From Candidatus Eiseniibacteriota bacterium (lineage in GTDB: Bacteria > Eisenbacteria > RBG-16-71-46), in NCBI GenBank assembly GCA_963717505.1, contig OY970342.1:3808001-3872000 (forward strand): a stretch of DNA of 64,000 bases, in the 5' to 3' direction. The number at the start of each line of letters is the position of its first letter. The stretch's first letter is position 1. The position numbers and the translations under genes were made by a program. Below the pieces are notes generated by a model. That model did not search any database. It saw only the letters and a list, made by a program, of their open reading frames with translations, and was not told the DNA's origin. Positions 13,615-25,220 of this stretch are shown one piece after another.

Positions 13615-16346
13615 TCAGAAGGTGACGCTGAGACCCAAGCGCACGTTGCGGCCTTCTTCGAAGACTCGCGGATCGTTGACCGGCACCCAGTCGGCGACGC
13701 CGTCGCCGTTGGTGTCCTGCAGATAGGCGCCGCCCGCGCGACCGGTCTCGCGTGTAGTAGATCAGGTAGTCGTCCGCCCGACGGTGTCGACGAACGGATT
13801 CGGGAAGCTGCCCTGGTCGATCGAATCGATGTTCTTCGCGTTGAGCACGTTCCGGGCGTCGAAGAACAGCGTCACGTTCTGACCCCAGATCCGTAGAACT
13901 TGTCGCCGTCGATCGTCAGGCTCGAGTTCGACGGCAGCCGGCGCGAGTTCGTCGAGCCGGGATCGGGGCGCCGGTCGTTGCGGAACGTCGGCGTGAACGG
14001 GAAGCCCGAGCCGTAGATCCACAGCATGCGGAATCCCCACTTGCCCGGGTCGCGAACGGTCGACGAGACGCTCAGCGTGTGGCGCTGATCCCAGTCGAGC
14101 GGCTGCTCCGAGATCGGCAGGTAGAGCCGGCCGCCGTTGAAGAACTGCAGCGCCTGGTTCGGGATCCGACGCGACACCGGTCGCGAGCGAGTACGTGTAG
14201 TTGACCTCGGCCGAGAACTTGTGGCTGAAGCTCTTGGTGAGGCTGGCCTCGAAGCCGCGCGAGCTGGCGTAGTCGCCGTTGTAGAAGACGTTGACCAGGT
14301 TGCCGAACTCGTCGCGCTCCTGCCGGGTGGTGATCAGGCCGTAGATGTCCTTGAAGAACACCGAGAACTGGCCGGAGACGTCGCGCGAGAACAGGTGCTG
14401 CATGCCCGCCTGGTAGGCGATGTTGGTCTCGGGCTCGAGATCGGGGTTGCCGCGACGTCCGACGCTGGTGCCGACGCCACGGTTCTCGAAGATGAAGCTG
14501 CGCGCCGGCGTCTGGTAGGTCCAGCCGTAGTGGAAGCTCAGCACGTCCTTGTCCGAGATCGGATACGCGATTCCGAGCCGCGGGCTGAACTGCTGCTTGT
14601 AGCGCTGGCCGCTCGACCAGGTCCGCGTCGGCAATCTGATCGCCGGGCGTGAAGAAGTCGTAGCGCACGCCGGCGTTCAGCACCAGACCCTCGTACTCCC
14701 AGCGGTCCTGGACGTACGCCGCGCCCTCGGGGTTGTAGTTCACGAAGTCGGAGCGGCTGCCGCCCGGCAGGCCGTTGGTCTCGGTGTTCGGCAGCGGTCA
14801 GCGTCAGGTTCTCGACCCGGTTGTAGCGCGCCTCGAGCCCGGTCTTGACCGTGTGCTGCTTCCAGTTCCGGGTCGAGAAGTCGCTCTTGACGGTCCAGGT
14901 CTGCGCGTCGCGCTCGAGTAGTTCGGGAAGTCCCCGTGGGTCGCGAAGTAGGGGTTGTTCTCGGTGCCGAGCCCGATGTTGCCGGTCCAGTAGAACGGAC
15001 TCTGGATTCGATACTCCCAGGGCTGCTTGCGCCCGATCGAGAGCAGCGTCTGGAAGCTGCAGGGCGGACAGTCGCGTGGTCATGACCGATCTTGCTCGAG
15101 ATCTGGTTGGTCCAGACGCCGGTGAACTGCCGGTAGCGTGTCGTCGGTGGTCGGCACGTGGTCCGGCATGTTGACCGGCTGGTAGGTGCTGTCCTCCTGG
15201 GTCGCCGACCAGGTTCCGTAGCGCGGCCGGTAGCTGTCCGGCTGTCCGGCCGTGCGCACGGTGTCGTAGGTCACCTTCACGTAGCCCTCGCGGCTCCACA
15301 TGTGGTTGTAGGGCGTGATCGATCGGTGCGGTTGTTGATCGTCTCGAACGTGAACTTGTTCCTGCGGATTCGGGACGGTAGGCGAGCTTGAAGTTGGTGT
15401 TGACCTGGTTCGACTGGCGATTGCCGAGCGGTGATGAAGTCGAAGCAGCGTGCTGCGACGGCTTGGTCAGCGACGACGCGAGGTAGGTGTCGGTGAACGT
15501 GCCCTCGTAGGTCGCGAAGTAGGTCAGGTTGCGGATCGGCGTCGGCCCGCCGAAGCCGAAGGTGAAGCGATCGTAGTTGTTGAAGGTCTTGGTCGGATCG
15601 CCGTATCGATCGGTGTCCCAGCGCACTTCGCCGCCGAACCGATCGGTGCCTTCCTTGGTGCTGACGCTGATGACGCCCGAGAGTGCGTTGCCGAACTCGG
15701 CGTCGAACCCGCCCGAGAGCACCTCGGCGCCGGCGATCGCGAGGTTGGCGACGTTGGCGTTACGTCCGAGCAACGGGTCCGAGGCTTCGATGCCGTCGAT
15801 CTGGAACTTGACCTCGCCGCCACGCCCGCCGCGGAAGTGCAGGTCATCGCCCTGGGCGACGACGCCGGCCTTGGTTGCGACCGCCTGGCTCAGATTGTCC
15901 ACCGGCAGCTCCTTGAGCTTCTCGGCGGACGATCGACTGCTTGGTGCGTCGACGACTTGGTGTCGATGCGGCTTCTCGGCCTTGACCTCGATTTCCTCGA
16001 GTTCCTTGGTGATCTTGGTGGCGCCGACCGAGACCGTGACGGTCGCGATCTGGCCCGCGTTCACTTGGACTTCGACCGTGGTCGCCTCGTAGCCCAGGGC
16101 CTGGACGCGAATCTGGTGGGTGCCGACCGGGACTCCGGCAATGACGAACTTGCCGTTCTCGTCGGTCATCGCCCCCTGTTTGGTCCCGAGAACGACGACG
16201 TTGGCAAAGGCGACTGGGTCCTTGCCCCGTTCGAGCACGGTCCCATTGACCCTACCCGTCGTGTTGGGATCGGCGGGCTGGGCATGGCCCGGTGCGGTCA
16301 ACCCAAGGGCCAGCGCGATCACGGGAAGGAATGAGCTCAGACGCAC
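13615..16346 (-). CDS. TonB-dependent-receptor-like outer-membrane protein with N-terminal carboxypeptidase-regulatory-like domain (frameshifted)
   Basis: Signal peptide; GRVNGTV...FANVVVLGTKQGAMTDENGKFVI; plug LHFRGGRGGEVKFQIDG, LSGGFDAEFGNALSGVI; barrel AYVQDRWEY, FSPRLGIAYPIS, GNPDLEPE; ends VRLGLSVTF. Confidence 0.88.
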
Positions 16347-16401
16347 GAAAATCGAGTCTCCCAGCGGTCGGGTGCCATTTGGCGCCGTGAAGAATCGAGT
16401 G

Positions 16402-16430
16402 AACATGCCGATCGTAAACCTCCCTGTCAA
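16402..16430 (-). promoter_or_regulatory. Proximal sigma70-type promoter of the TBDR cassette
   Basis: TTGACA (16430-16425), 17-nt spacer, CATGTT (16407-16402). Confidence 0.5.
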
Positions 16431-16606
16431 CGGGTTTCTCCCTGCAAGTCTTTTCGAGACCATGAGTTGTCGGCAGCGGTTGGCGAGAGTCGGGCAGGCG
16501 GCCGGGTCCGAAAATCTCTCGCGTCATCTCGAAGGGGGGAACAGCGTTCGCCGAGACACGAAATCGGGGCACGTGAAGGAGGTGCCCATACGCCCGAGCC
16601 ACCGTC

Positions 16607-16635
16607 AATATCGACCTGAAGCCGAATCATGTCAA
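16607..16635 (-). promoter_or_regulatory. Distal sigma70-type promoter of the TBDR cassette
   Basis: TTGACA (16635-16630), 17-nt spacer, GATATT (16612-16607), with an upstream A-tract resembling an UP element. Confidence 0.55.
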
Positions 16636-16731
16636 GATTTTTTTCGGTGTGTAAACTGGCCGACCCAGGAACCGACCTAGGACCTGGAACCGCAAGCCCT
16701 TGTCCCCCGGCCCGCCAGTCCCTCCGAGCAA

Positions 16732-18348
16732 TTAGAATACCCACCTCAGGCGACCCGCCATTCGCTGGCCGCTCAGGGTCGGGCCGGTGGGATGGTCGTA
16801 GACCGCGCCTCCCCACTCCCGGACCACGCCGACATCGAGGACCCAGCGCACGCCACTGGGTCTGAGTCCGATTCCTCCGGTCAACCCGTGGACCACCACC
16901 TCATTCTGTTGGGTGAAGTCGTCCTGGTCTTCCCACAGATAGGAATAGCCTGCCCGCACCTGGACCGGTCCCTCCAGCTGCCACTCGAGACCCGTCCGGG
17001 CTTCCCAGCCGAGCTTCCGCGGCCCCGCGCCCGAAATGTCCTGGTCGCGCTGCGACTGGAAGAACCGACCCTCCGCGGCCACGAGGAACCGCCCGAACAA
17101 CCGCGCGACGCCGCCGCCGGCCTCCCACGAACGATCCGCCACGTGGTTGGCCAACACGCTGTCGGGCAGCGCCAGCGTATCGGCGCCCGGCCGGTAGAAC
17201 AGCGTGTTGAGGAAGTAATTGAAGCTGGTCAGATCACCGGGCACCGGCGGCGTCAAGCCGACCTTCCGATAGGCGGTGGCGCCGCCGAGGCCCAACTCGA
17301 ACTTTCCCACCTGCCAATGCGCACGCGCGCGAAACGTCGAACCTTCCTCTTCACGTTCGAGAAGCCGGCCGCGCCCGTTCAACGGCAACTGCCCGCTACC
17401 GGCGGACGTGGAGTACACCCAGTCCTGCGACGACTCCGCGGTCCAACCGCGGGCATCCACCCCGTACACGAACCCGGCGCCGATGCGTCCGGTCAACGAA
17501 GCCTGCCCGATTCGATAGGGTCGATCCTCGCGGACTTCCGAGGCATGCCGCGTTCCCTCGTTGCGCGCGAATACCTCGTGCGTCGCGAAGTCGTACCCCA
17601 CGGCCGCCGTCAGCGCGTTCGAGATGCGATACGAGGCCGACGCCCCGAGCCCGAAGGTACGCAAGTCAGCTTCGTCCGGAACGAACGTTCCGGGCGGACT
17701 CACCTGCGTGCCGTCCAGCGAGATGAAGTCGCCGGCGGCGTTGCTCATGAACAACCGGTAGCCATCGGTGCCGAACGTCTGGGCCGCATACATGCGCAAT
17801 CCGTAATGCAGGCGATCGGGCGCCAGGAACGGCATTCGGCCGGCGAGAATCGCAGTAATCCCCGGCGTCGATGCTTCGCTGCGAATCTCCTCGTCCTGAC
17901 TGAAGGGAACATCGCTCCGGGCGACATTGAAGATGCCGGAAACACCATAGGTCGTGTTCACGTCGCGCCGCCAGGCGTCGAGAAACGTTCGGAACTCCCG
18001 GCCGTAGAGATCCTGGCGCACGGTCTCCGGTTGCCCGAGCGGCTCGTACTGGCGCTGGAACGCCCGCGAGTAGGGACCGAAGTCGACCGTCGACATCGAA
18101 TCGGAGTCGATGACTCCCACCGGATTCCGTCCTAGCTCCCAGAGCCCGATCCGATGCTGCGGATCCTCGAGCACGTAGGACATCCGCCCCATACCGATCA
18201 GGCGGGGCGAACGCGCCACGGCGTCGGGGCCGAATCCAGGAATGTCGTCGAACGGCAGCTGCCCGCGTGCCGATCCGGGAAGAAGGACCGCGATGGCAGC
18301 CATCATGATGAGCGGCGCGAACCACGAGCCCCCGCGCGCAGGGATCAT
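16732..18348 (-). CDS. Hypothetical outer-membrane beta-barrel protein
   Basis: Intact ORF (open from 18414) with a signal-like N-terminus, many amphipathic beta strands (FGLGASASYR, VQVRAGYSY) and C-terminal RLRWVF beta-signal. Confidence 0.7.
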   Translation of the reverse strand: MIPARGGSWFAPLIMMAAIAVLLPGSARGQLPFDDIPGFGPDAVARSPRLIGMGRMSYVLEDPQHRIGLWELGRNPVGVIDSDSMSTVDFGPYSRAFQRQYEPLGQPETVRQDLYGREFRTFLDAWRRDVNTTYGVSGIFNVARSDVPFSQDEEIRSEASTPGITAILAGRMPFLAPDRLHYGLRMYAAQTFGTDGYRLFMSNAAGDFISLDGTQVSPPGTFVPDEADLRTFGLGASASYRISNALTAAVGYDFATHEVFARNEGTRHASEVREDRPYRIGQASLTGRIGAGFVYGVDARGWTAESSQDWVYSTSAGSGQLPLNGRGRLLEREEEGSTFRARAHWQVGKFELGLGGATAYRKVGLTPPVPGDLTSFNYFLNTLFYRPGADTLALPDSVLANHVADRSWEAGGGVARLFGRFLVAAEGRFFQSQRDQDISGAGPRKLGWEARTGLEWQLEGPVQVRAGYSYLWEDQDDFTQQNEVVVHGLTGGIGLRPSGVRWVLDVGVVREWGGAVYDHPTGPTLSGQRMAGRLRWVF

Positions 18349-18491
18349 CCAGACTCCTTTCGAGCGCCTCGGCCAAATGCCGGGCGCCGAACAATCGAGA
18401 GGCCGCGGACGCACAGTCGCATCCGCGGCGCGCGGTCAACGAGTTCGCCGGTCACAGCGCGGGGCATCCTAGTGAGCGAGTCCGGAACGTG

Positions 18492-19149
18492 TCAACCCGG
18501 GAGGACCTTCGGACCGGCACCGCGGGGCCCGGAAACACACGGATGTCCAAGGAGGAAGTACCGCCACGCGTGGTCGCGACCCAGGCGGATGCCGACCCGC
18601 GGGCCCGAGGCGATTCGCCACCGGCCGCGCACCGGCGCCTGATCCGAGATCCATAGCGGACCTCGCACCAGGTCCGTCCCGTCGTGCTCCCGGGACAGGC
18701 CGAGAGCTCGGGCAACGGACCCCGGGCCCGAGGCCAGCTTGAGCTCGGGAACCGAGCCGCGCCGCACGCGCATCAACTCCTCCCCCCGGCACGGCTCGAG
18801 TGCGCGGATCAGCACCGCGGCGGCCACACCCTCGCGCCCGGTCACCAGGTTCAGGCAATGATGCATGCCGTAGGTGAAGTAGATGTAGGCGTGACCCGGC
18901 GGGCCGAACATGACCTGGTTGCGCGGCGTCCTGCCGCGATACGCATGGCTCGCCGGGTCGTCGCGCGCCGTCGTAGGCCTCGACCTCGACGATGCGACCG
19001 GCGACCAATCCGTCGGGGCTCTCGTGGACCAGCACGCGTCCGAGCACGGCGCGGGCCAGGGCGCGCGCGCCGCGCGCGTAGAAGCGTCGGTCGAGCGGCC
19101 GCCCGAGCCCGCGCTCTACGGCTCGGTCAGTGGCCGGCCGCGGCCTCAT
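18492..19149 (-). CDS. mpg: DNA-3-methyladenine glycosylase (MPG/AAG family), frameshifted
   Basis: AGRIVEVEAY, MFGPPGHAYIYFTYGMHHCLN, AAVLIRALEP, GPRVGI. Confidence 0.9.
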
Positions 19150-20518
19150 GCACGCCCAGCCGGCGCAGCGGCTCCATGAACAGCGGACTGGATCTCGCTC
19201 GAGCCGCTCGGCGGTGCGCGCCTCGAAACGCACCACCAGCGCCGGCTGCGTGTTCGACGCGCGCACCAGGCCCCAGCCGTCGCCGAACTCGACGCGCACG
19301 CCGTCGATGTCGATCACGCGGTAGCGACCCGCGAACTCGCGCTTGAGCTCCTCCGACGACCTCGAACTTGCGCTCCTCGGGGCAGTCGAGCCGCATCTCG
19401 GGTGTCGCGTGGTAGTGCGGGATCGAGTCGACCAGCTCGTCGCAGCGATCTGGCCCGGTCGCGGCGACGTAGCGCAGCAGACGCCCGGCCGCGAACAGCG
19501 CGTCGTCGAAGCCGAAGTAGCCCTCGCTGAAGAACATGTGGCCCGACATCTCCCCCGCGAGCGGCGCGCCGGTCTCCGTGCAGCCGCTGCTTGATCAGCG
19601 AGTGCCCGGTCTTCCACATCGACGGGCGGCCGCCGTGGGCGGCGATGTCCTCGACCAGCCCCTGCGAGCACTTGACGTCGAAGATGATCTCGGCGCCCGG
19701 CACGCCGCGTCGAGCACGTCGCGCGCGAGCAGCGCCAGCAGCTGGTCGCCGTAAGACGATCCGCCCGCTGGCGCGTCGACGGCGCCGATGCGGTCGGCGT
19801 CGCCGTCGAAGCCGATCCCGAGATCGGCGCCGGTCGCGCGCACCTCGGCGATCAGGTCGCGCAGCAGCGCCGGCACCGTCGGATCCGGCAGGTGGTTCGG
19901 GAAAGCGCCCGTCCAGCTCGGCGAACAGCGGCACGACGCGTGTGCCCATGCGCTCGAAGACCTGCGGCACGACCGTGCCGGCGCAGCCGTTGCCGCAGTC
20001 CATCACCACGTGCAGGCCGCGCGGGCTCGACAGTCGCTCGACCAGCATCGCGCGGTAGTCGTCGAGCATCGGGCGGTCGCTGCGCGAGCCGCCCGGCCGC
20101 GTCGCCGAACGCGCCGCGCTCGATGCGCTCGCGCATCGCCTGGATCTCGGCGCCGAACAGCGGCGCCGCGCGCCGCGTCATCTTGAAGCCGTTGAACTCG
20201 GGCGGGTTGTGGCTGCCGGTGATCTGCATGCCCGCCGTCGAGCCCGCGCGGCGACCACCGCGTAGTAGAGCGCCGGCGTCGGCACGACGCCGACGCGCTC
20301 GACGGCGACGCCGGCCGCGCGTCATGCCGCGCTCGACCGCGTGCGCGAGCCGCACGCTGCTCGGCCGCACGTCCGCCCGAGCGCGACCCGCGTGCCGCCG
20401 GCCTCGCGCGATCAGGGTGGCGAACGCGCGGCCCACGGCCTCGGCGGTCTCGTCGCGTCAGCTCGGTCTCGTGCAGGCCGCGGATGTCGTACTCGCGGAA
20501 GATGTGGCGCGGGATCAT
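19127..20518 (-). CDS. Phosphomannomutase/phosphoglucomutase (AlgC-like), frameshifted
   Basis: [51 protein letters not shown]. Confidence 0.92.
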
Positions 20519-21643
20519 GCCGGTGTCCTTCCGCTTGAGGTAGGCGTCGATGAACGGGTCGAGGTCGCCGTCGAGCACGGCGTGCACGTCGCCGACCTTG
20601 GTCTCGGTGCGGTGGTCGTTGACCATGGTGTAGGGCTGCAGCACGTAGGAGCGGATCTGGCTGCCGAAGTCGATGTCCTTCTTGGGCGCCGGCCAGCGCC
20701 GCGGTCTTCTGCGCGCTCGCTGCTCCTGCGAGGTGGACGAACAGGCGCGACGCGCAGGATCTGCATCGCGAACTCGCGGTTGCGGTGCTGGCTGCGCTCG
20801 GCCTGCGACTGGACCACGATGCCGGTCGGCAGGTGGGTGATGCGCACCGCCGACTCGGTCTTGTTGACGTGCTGCCCGCCCGCGCCGCTGGCGCGGAACG
20901 TGTCGACGCGCAGATCGCCGGGCGCGATCTCGACGCGTGATCGTGTCGTCGACCATCGGGTAGCACGAACACCGAGGCGAACGAGGTGTGCCGCCGCTGG
21001 TTCGCGTCGTAGGGCGAGATGCGCACCAGCCGGTGCACGCCGCTCTCGGCCTTCAGGTAGCCGTAGGCGTACTCGCCGTCGATCTCGAGCGTGGCGTCCT
21101 TGATGCCCGGCCTCGTCGCCGGGCTGGAGGTCGAGCACGCTGGTCGGGTAGCCGTGGCGCTCGGCCCAGCGCAGGTACATGCGCATCAGCATCTGCGGCC
21201 CAGTCCTGCGACTCGGTGCCGCCCGCGCCGGGATGGATCGACACCAGCGCGCCGAGCCGGTCGTGCTCGCCGGACAGCAGGCTGCGGAGCTCGAGGTCGG
21301 CGACCTCGCGACTCGAGCGGGCCGAGCTCGGCGTCGAGCTCGCGCGAGCAGCTCGTCGTCGCCCTCGGCCTCGGCCAGCTCGAGCAGCTCGGCCAGTCGC
21401 GGCCAGCGACCTCGTCGCGCGCGCTCCAGTCGTCGACGGTGCGCTTGGCGCGCTTCGAGCTGCGCCGACCGTCTTCTGCGCCTCGTCCGGCCGGTCCCAG
21501 AATCCGGGCGCCGCCATGCGCGGCCTCGAGCGTCGTCGACCTCGCCGGCGCGGCGATCGACGTCAAAGGTACCTCCGCAGACTCGTCGAGGGTCTCGCGC
21601 GACCCGATCGAGCCGCTTGCCTGAGATCCGCCGCTGTCAGCAT
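20515..21643 (-). CDS. prfB: Peptide chain release factor 2
   Basis: [62 protein letters not shown]; programmed frameshift site near the 5' end. Confidence 0.95.
21562..21577 (-). promoter_or_regulatory. prfB programmed +1 ribosomal frameshift site
   Basis: Minus strand reads CGG AGG TAC CTT TGA C: internal SD-like GGAGGT followed by CUU UGA C after about 26 codons, the canonical RF2 autoregulatory site. Confidence 0.92.
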
Positions 21644-22306
21644 TCGTTCCTCCCCGGGGTCCCGCGCCGCGCGCGCAGACTCCGATACCGCCGCCCGCGC
21701 CGCCGCGCGCCAGCGCCTCGCAGCGTGTCCTGGTTCTCCAGCGTGACGTCGGCCGCCGCGCGAAACGCCTCGGCCGAGCGTTGCACCGACCAGCCGCCGC
21801 TCGCGCCTCTTCCGCGCTCCAGCCCCGCTCCCGCTGCAAGCCGCTCCATCTGATCCGACTCGCGGCGCGTCGACCGCGATCACCGCGTCGCACCAGCGCT
21901 CGAGGCCCCAGTCGAGCAACAGCGCCGCGTCGATCACGACCACGCCCGACCCTCGCCGCAGCGCGGCGAGCCGCTCGCGGATCCGCTCGATGATGCGCGG
22001 ATGCACCAGCCGATCGAGCCGCGCGCGCGCCGCGGGATCGGTGAACACGCGCGCCGCGACCACGCGCGCGATCGAGCGTGCCCTCGGCGCGGTAGACGTC
22101 GGCGACCGTACTCGGCGATCAGCGCCGCGACGCACCTCCGGGTCGTGATCGGTGACCTCGTGCCCCAGGGCGTCGGCGTCGATCACCGTCGCCCCGTCGG
22201 CGGCCAGCGCCCGCGCCACCGTGCTCTTGCCGCTCCCGGTGCGCCCGACCAGCCCGACGATGAATCGCGAATCGCCCGGAGGCCGAACCCGCCGCTCAGT
22301 GGACAT
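21637..22306 (-). CDS. coaE: Dephospho-CoA kinase (frameshifted)
   Basis: [44 protein letters not shown]; follows polA. Confidence 0.9.
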
Positions 22307-25173
22307 CGAACCAGGTCGGCGCCGCGTCCGATCGATACCACGAGCGGCACGCGCAGCGGGTAGCCCGCTCTCCATTTCGGCGCGGACGCGCTCGGCGACG
22401 GCGTCGGCCACCTCCGCCGGGCACTCGAGCAGCAGTTCGTCGTGCACCTGGAGCAGCAATCTAGCCGAGGGGTGCAGGCTCTTCAAGGCGCGGTGGACGC
22501 GAATCATCGCCAGCTTCATCAGATCGGCGGCGGATCCCTGGATCGGGGCGTTGATCGCCACGCGCTCGGCGAGCGCGCGCTGCGCGCCGGCCGGCTCGGC
22601 CAGCGCCGGCAGGTAGCGGCGGCGGCCGAACAGCGGTCTGCGACGTAGCCGCGGCGGCGCGCCTCCTCCACCGTGCGATCGAGGTAGTCACGCACGCCGC
22701 GCGAACACGCGGAAGTAGCCGGCGAATGAAGTCCTGCGCCTCGGCGAGCGGGATGCCTCATCTGCTGCGACAGGCTGCGCGCGCCCATGCCGTACATGAT
22801 CCCGAAGTTGACGATCTTGGCGCGAGCGCGCAGCGCGGGGTCGAGCTCGCCGGTGACGCCGAAGATCTTGCGCGCCGTGTTGGCGTGCACGTCCTCGCCG
22901 CTCCTGGAACGCCGTCGATCAGATTCGCGTCCCCCGACAGGTGCGCCATGATGCGCAGCTCGATCTGCGAGTAGTCGGCGCCGACCAGCATCGATCCCGG
23001 AGCCGCGACGAACGCGCGGCGGATCTCGCGCCCCTGCGGCGTGCGGATCGGAATGTTCTGCAGGTTCGGGTTGCTCGACGACAGTCGGCCGGTCGCCGCC
23101 CCCACCTGGATTGAACGTGGTGTGCACGCGGCCATCGCGCGCGTCGACCGCGAGCGGCAGCGCGTCGAGGTAGGTCGACTCGAGCTTGGCCAGGATTCGG
23201 TATTCGAGCAGCCGCGCGGGAAACGGGTGGCTGCGGCGCCAGCTCCTCGAGCACCGCCTGGTCGGTCGAGCAGCCCGGTCTTGGTGCGCCGGCCGGGCTC
23301 GAGCTGGAGCATTTCGAACAGGACTCGTGACAGCTGCGGTCCGCTGCTTCAGATTGAAGCGCTCGCCGGCGAGCGCGTACAGCTCCTCCTCGAGGCGGCG
23401 CAGCTCGACCGCGACCCGCGCCGATTGCGCGGCCAGAGCGGCAACGTCGAGGCGGATTCCCGCGCGCTCCATGTCGTACAGCACCGGGATCAGCGGGTGC
23501 TCGATGTCGTCGTAGAGCGCGAGTTGCTCGCGCGCTGCGAGCTGTCCACGGAGCGCATCCGCCAATGGGAACAGGGCGCCGGCCGCCGGTTCGAGGGCGG
23601 CGGCGACCACGCCCGGATCCAGCCCGGCCGCACCCGGGCGACCGCGCCCGGCCCGACCCGCGAATGCGTCGTCGAGCCCGGGCAATTCGATGCCGGCCGC
23701 GTCACGTGCGACGGCGGCCAGCGAATGATCACGATCGGGATCACACAGGAACGATCCGATGTGCAGGTCGAACGCGAGCCCCGCGATCGGCATGCCCGCG
23801 TTGGCCAACACGTGTGCGTCGCGTTTGAGATCCTCGGAGACCTTCGGCACCGAGGGATCGGCGAGCGCGAGCGTGAACCAGCCGTGGACCTCGTCGAGCG
23901 TGAAGTTGGGGCCGTGATCGTGCCCGACCGGGACGTAGCAGGTCGAACCGTCGCGGGCGGCCAGCGCGATCCCGATCAGCCGCGACGTCCGCGGATCGGC
24001 GCTCGAGCCGAGCGGCAGCAGGGCCAGACCGTGGATGGCGCGGGCGCGCACCTCGTGGATGCGCTCCCGCTGCGCTTCGAGCCCGCCCACCACGCCGGTC
24101 GAGACCGGGGTTGCGGACCAGAGGTCGAGCGTTCCCTGGGCCGGCTCGAGACGGCGCGCGGTTTCGGGACGCGGCATGGATTCGGGACCGAGCGGTCGAA
24201 ACGGCACCGGGGGCGCCGACGCGATCGGGGCCAGCGGCTCGACCGACGCTCGAGGACGAACGAGCGGGCGCGCCGGCGGCGGCGATTCGGCGGCGTCCAC
24301 GACTCCCTGATCGCGGGCGACGTCGCTCAGGCGCTGCAGCTCGTAGCGTTCGGCGAGTGCCTTGAGGGCGTCGCCTCGAATCGGGCCGCGGCGCAGGTCC
24401 TCCCACTCGATGCCCAGCGCGCAGTCGGTCTTGACCGTCACCAGTTCGAGTGACAGGAGTGCCTGCTCGTGATGGGTCCGCAGCCTCTCCCGCAGCGACT
24501 CCTTCTCCACGCGATCGAGCCCGGAGTAGAGCGCGTCGAGCGATCCGAACTCACGGATCAGATCGGTCGCGGTCTTGGGCCCGATTCCCGGAACGCCCGG
24601 AATGTTGTCGGTGCTGTCGCCCATCAGCGCGAGCACGTCTCGGGTCTGCTCGGGCGCCACCCCCCACTTGTCGTGCACCGCCGCGCGATCCACCCACACG
24701 TAGTCCTCGCCGCGGCCGGAGGGGCTCAGCAGGCGGACGCGGTCGTCGACCATCTGCACCAAGTCCTTGTCACTGGTGACCAGGACGACCTCGAAGCCGT
24801 CGCGCTCGGCCCGGTCGGCGAGGGTCGCCATGACGTCGTCGGCCTCGACGCCCGGCACTTCGATCCGGGGCAATCCCAGCGCCGCCGACACTTCGGCGAT
24901 CGCCGGAATCTGCGCGAGCAGATCCTCGGGCATCGGCTTGCGCGTCGCCTTGTACTTCGGATACCTCAGGTGGCGATGAGTCGGGCCGCGACCGTCCCAG
25001 GCCAGGGCCCAGTACTCCGGCCACTCGTCCCGCCGGATCTTGAGCACCGAGTTCGCGAATCCGAACAGCGCGGAGGTGTTCTCGCCCCGAGAGTTCACGA
25101 GCGGCCGGCGGATGAACGCATAGTGGGCGCGATAGGCGAGTCCCATCGCGTCGAGCACGAACAGTCGAGGCAT
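22296..25173 (-). CDS. polA: DNA polymerase I (frameshifts in the 3' polymerase domain)
   Basis: [100 protein letters not shown]. Confidence 0.96.
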
Positions 25174-25220
25174 GCGCGGACCGTACCACGATCGTCGCCC
25201 GGCGGATTCGCCGCCGAGCT

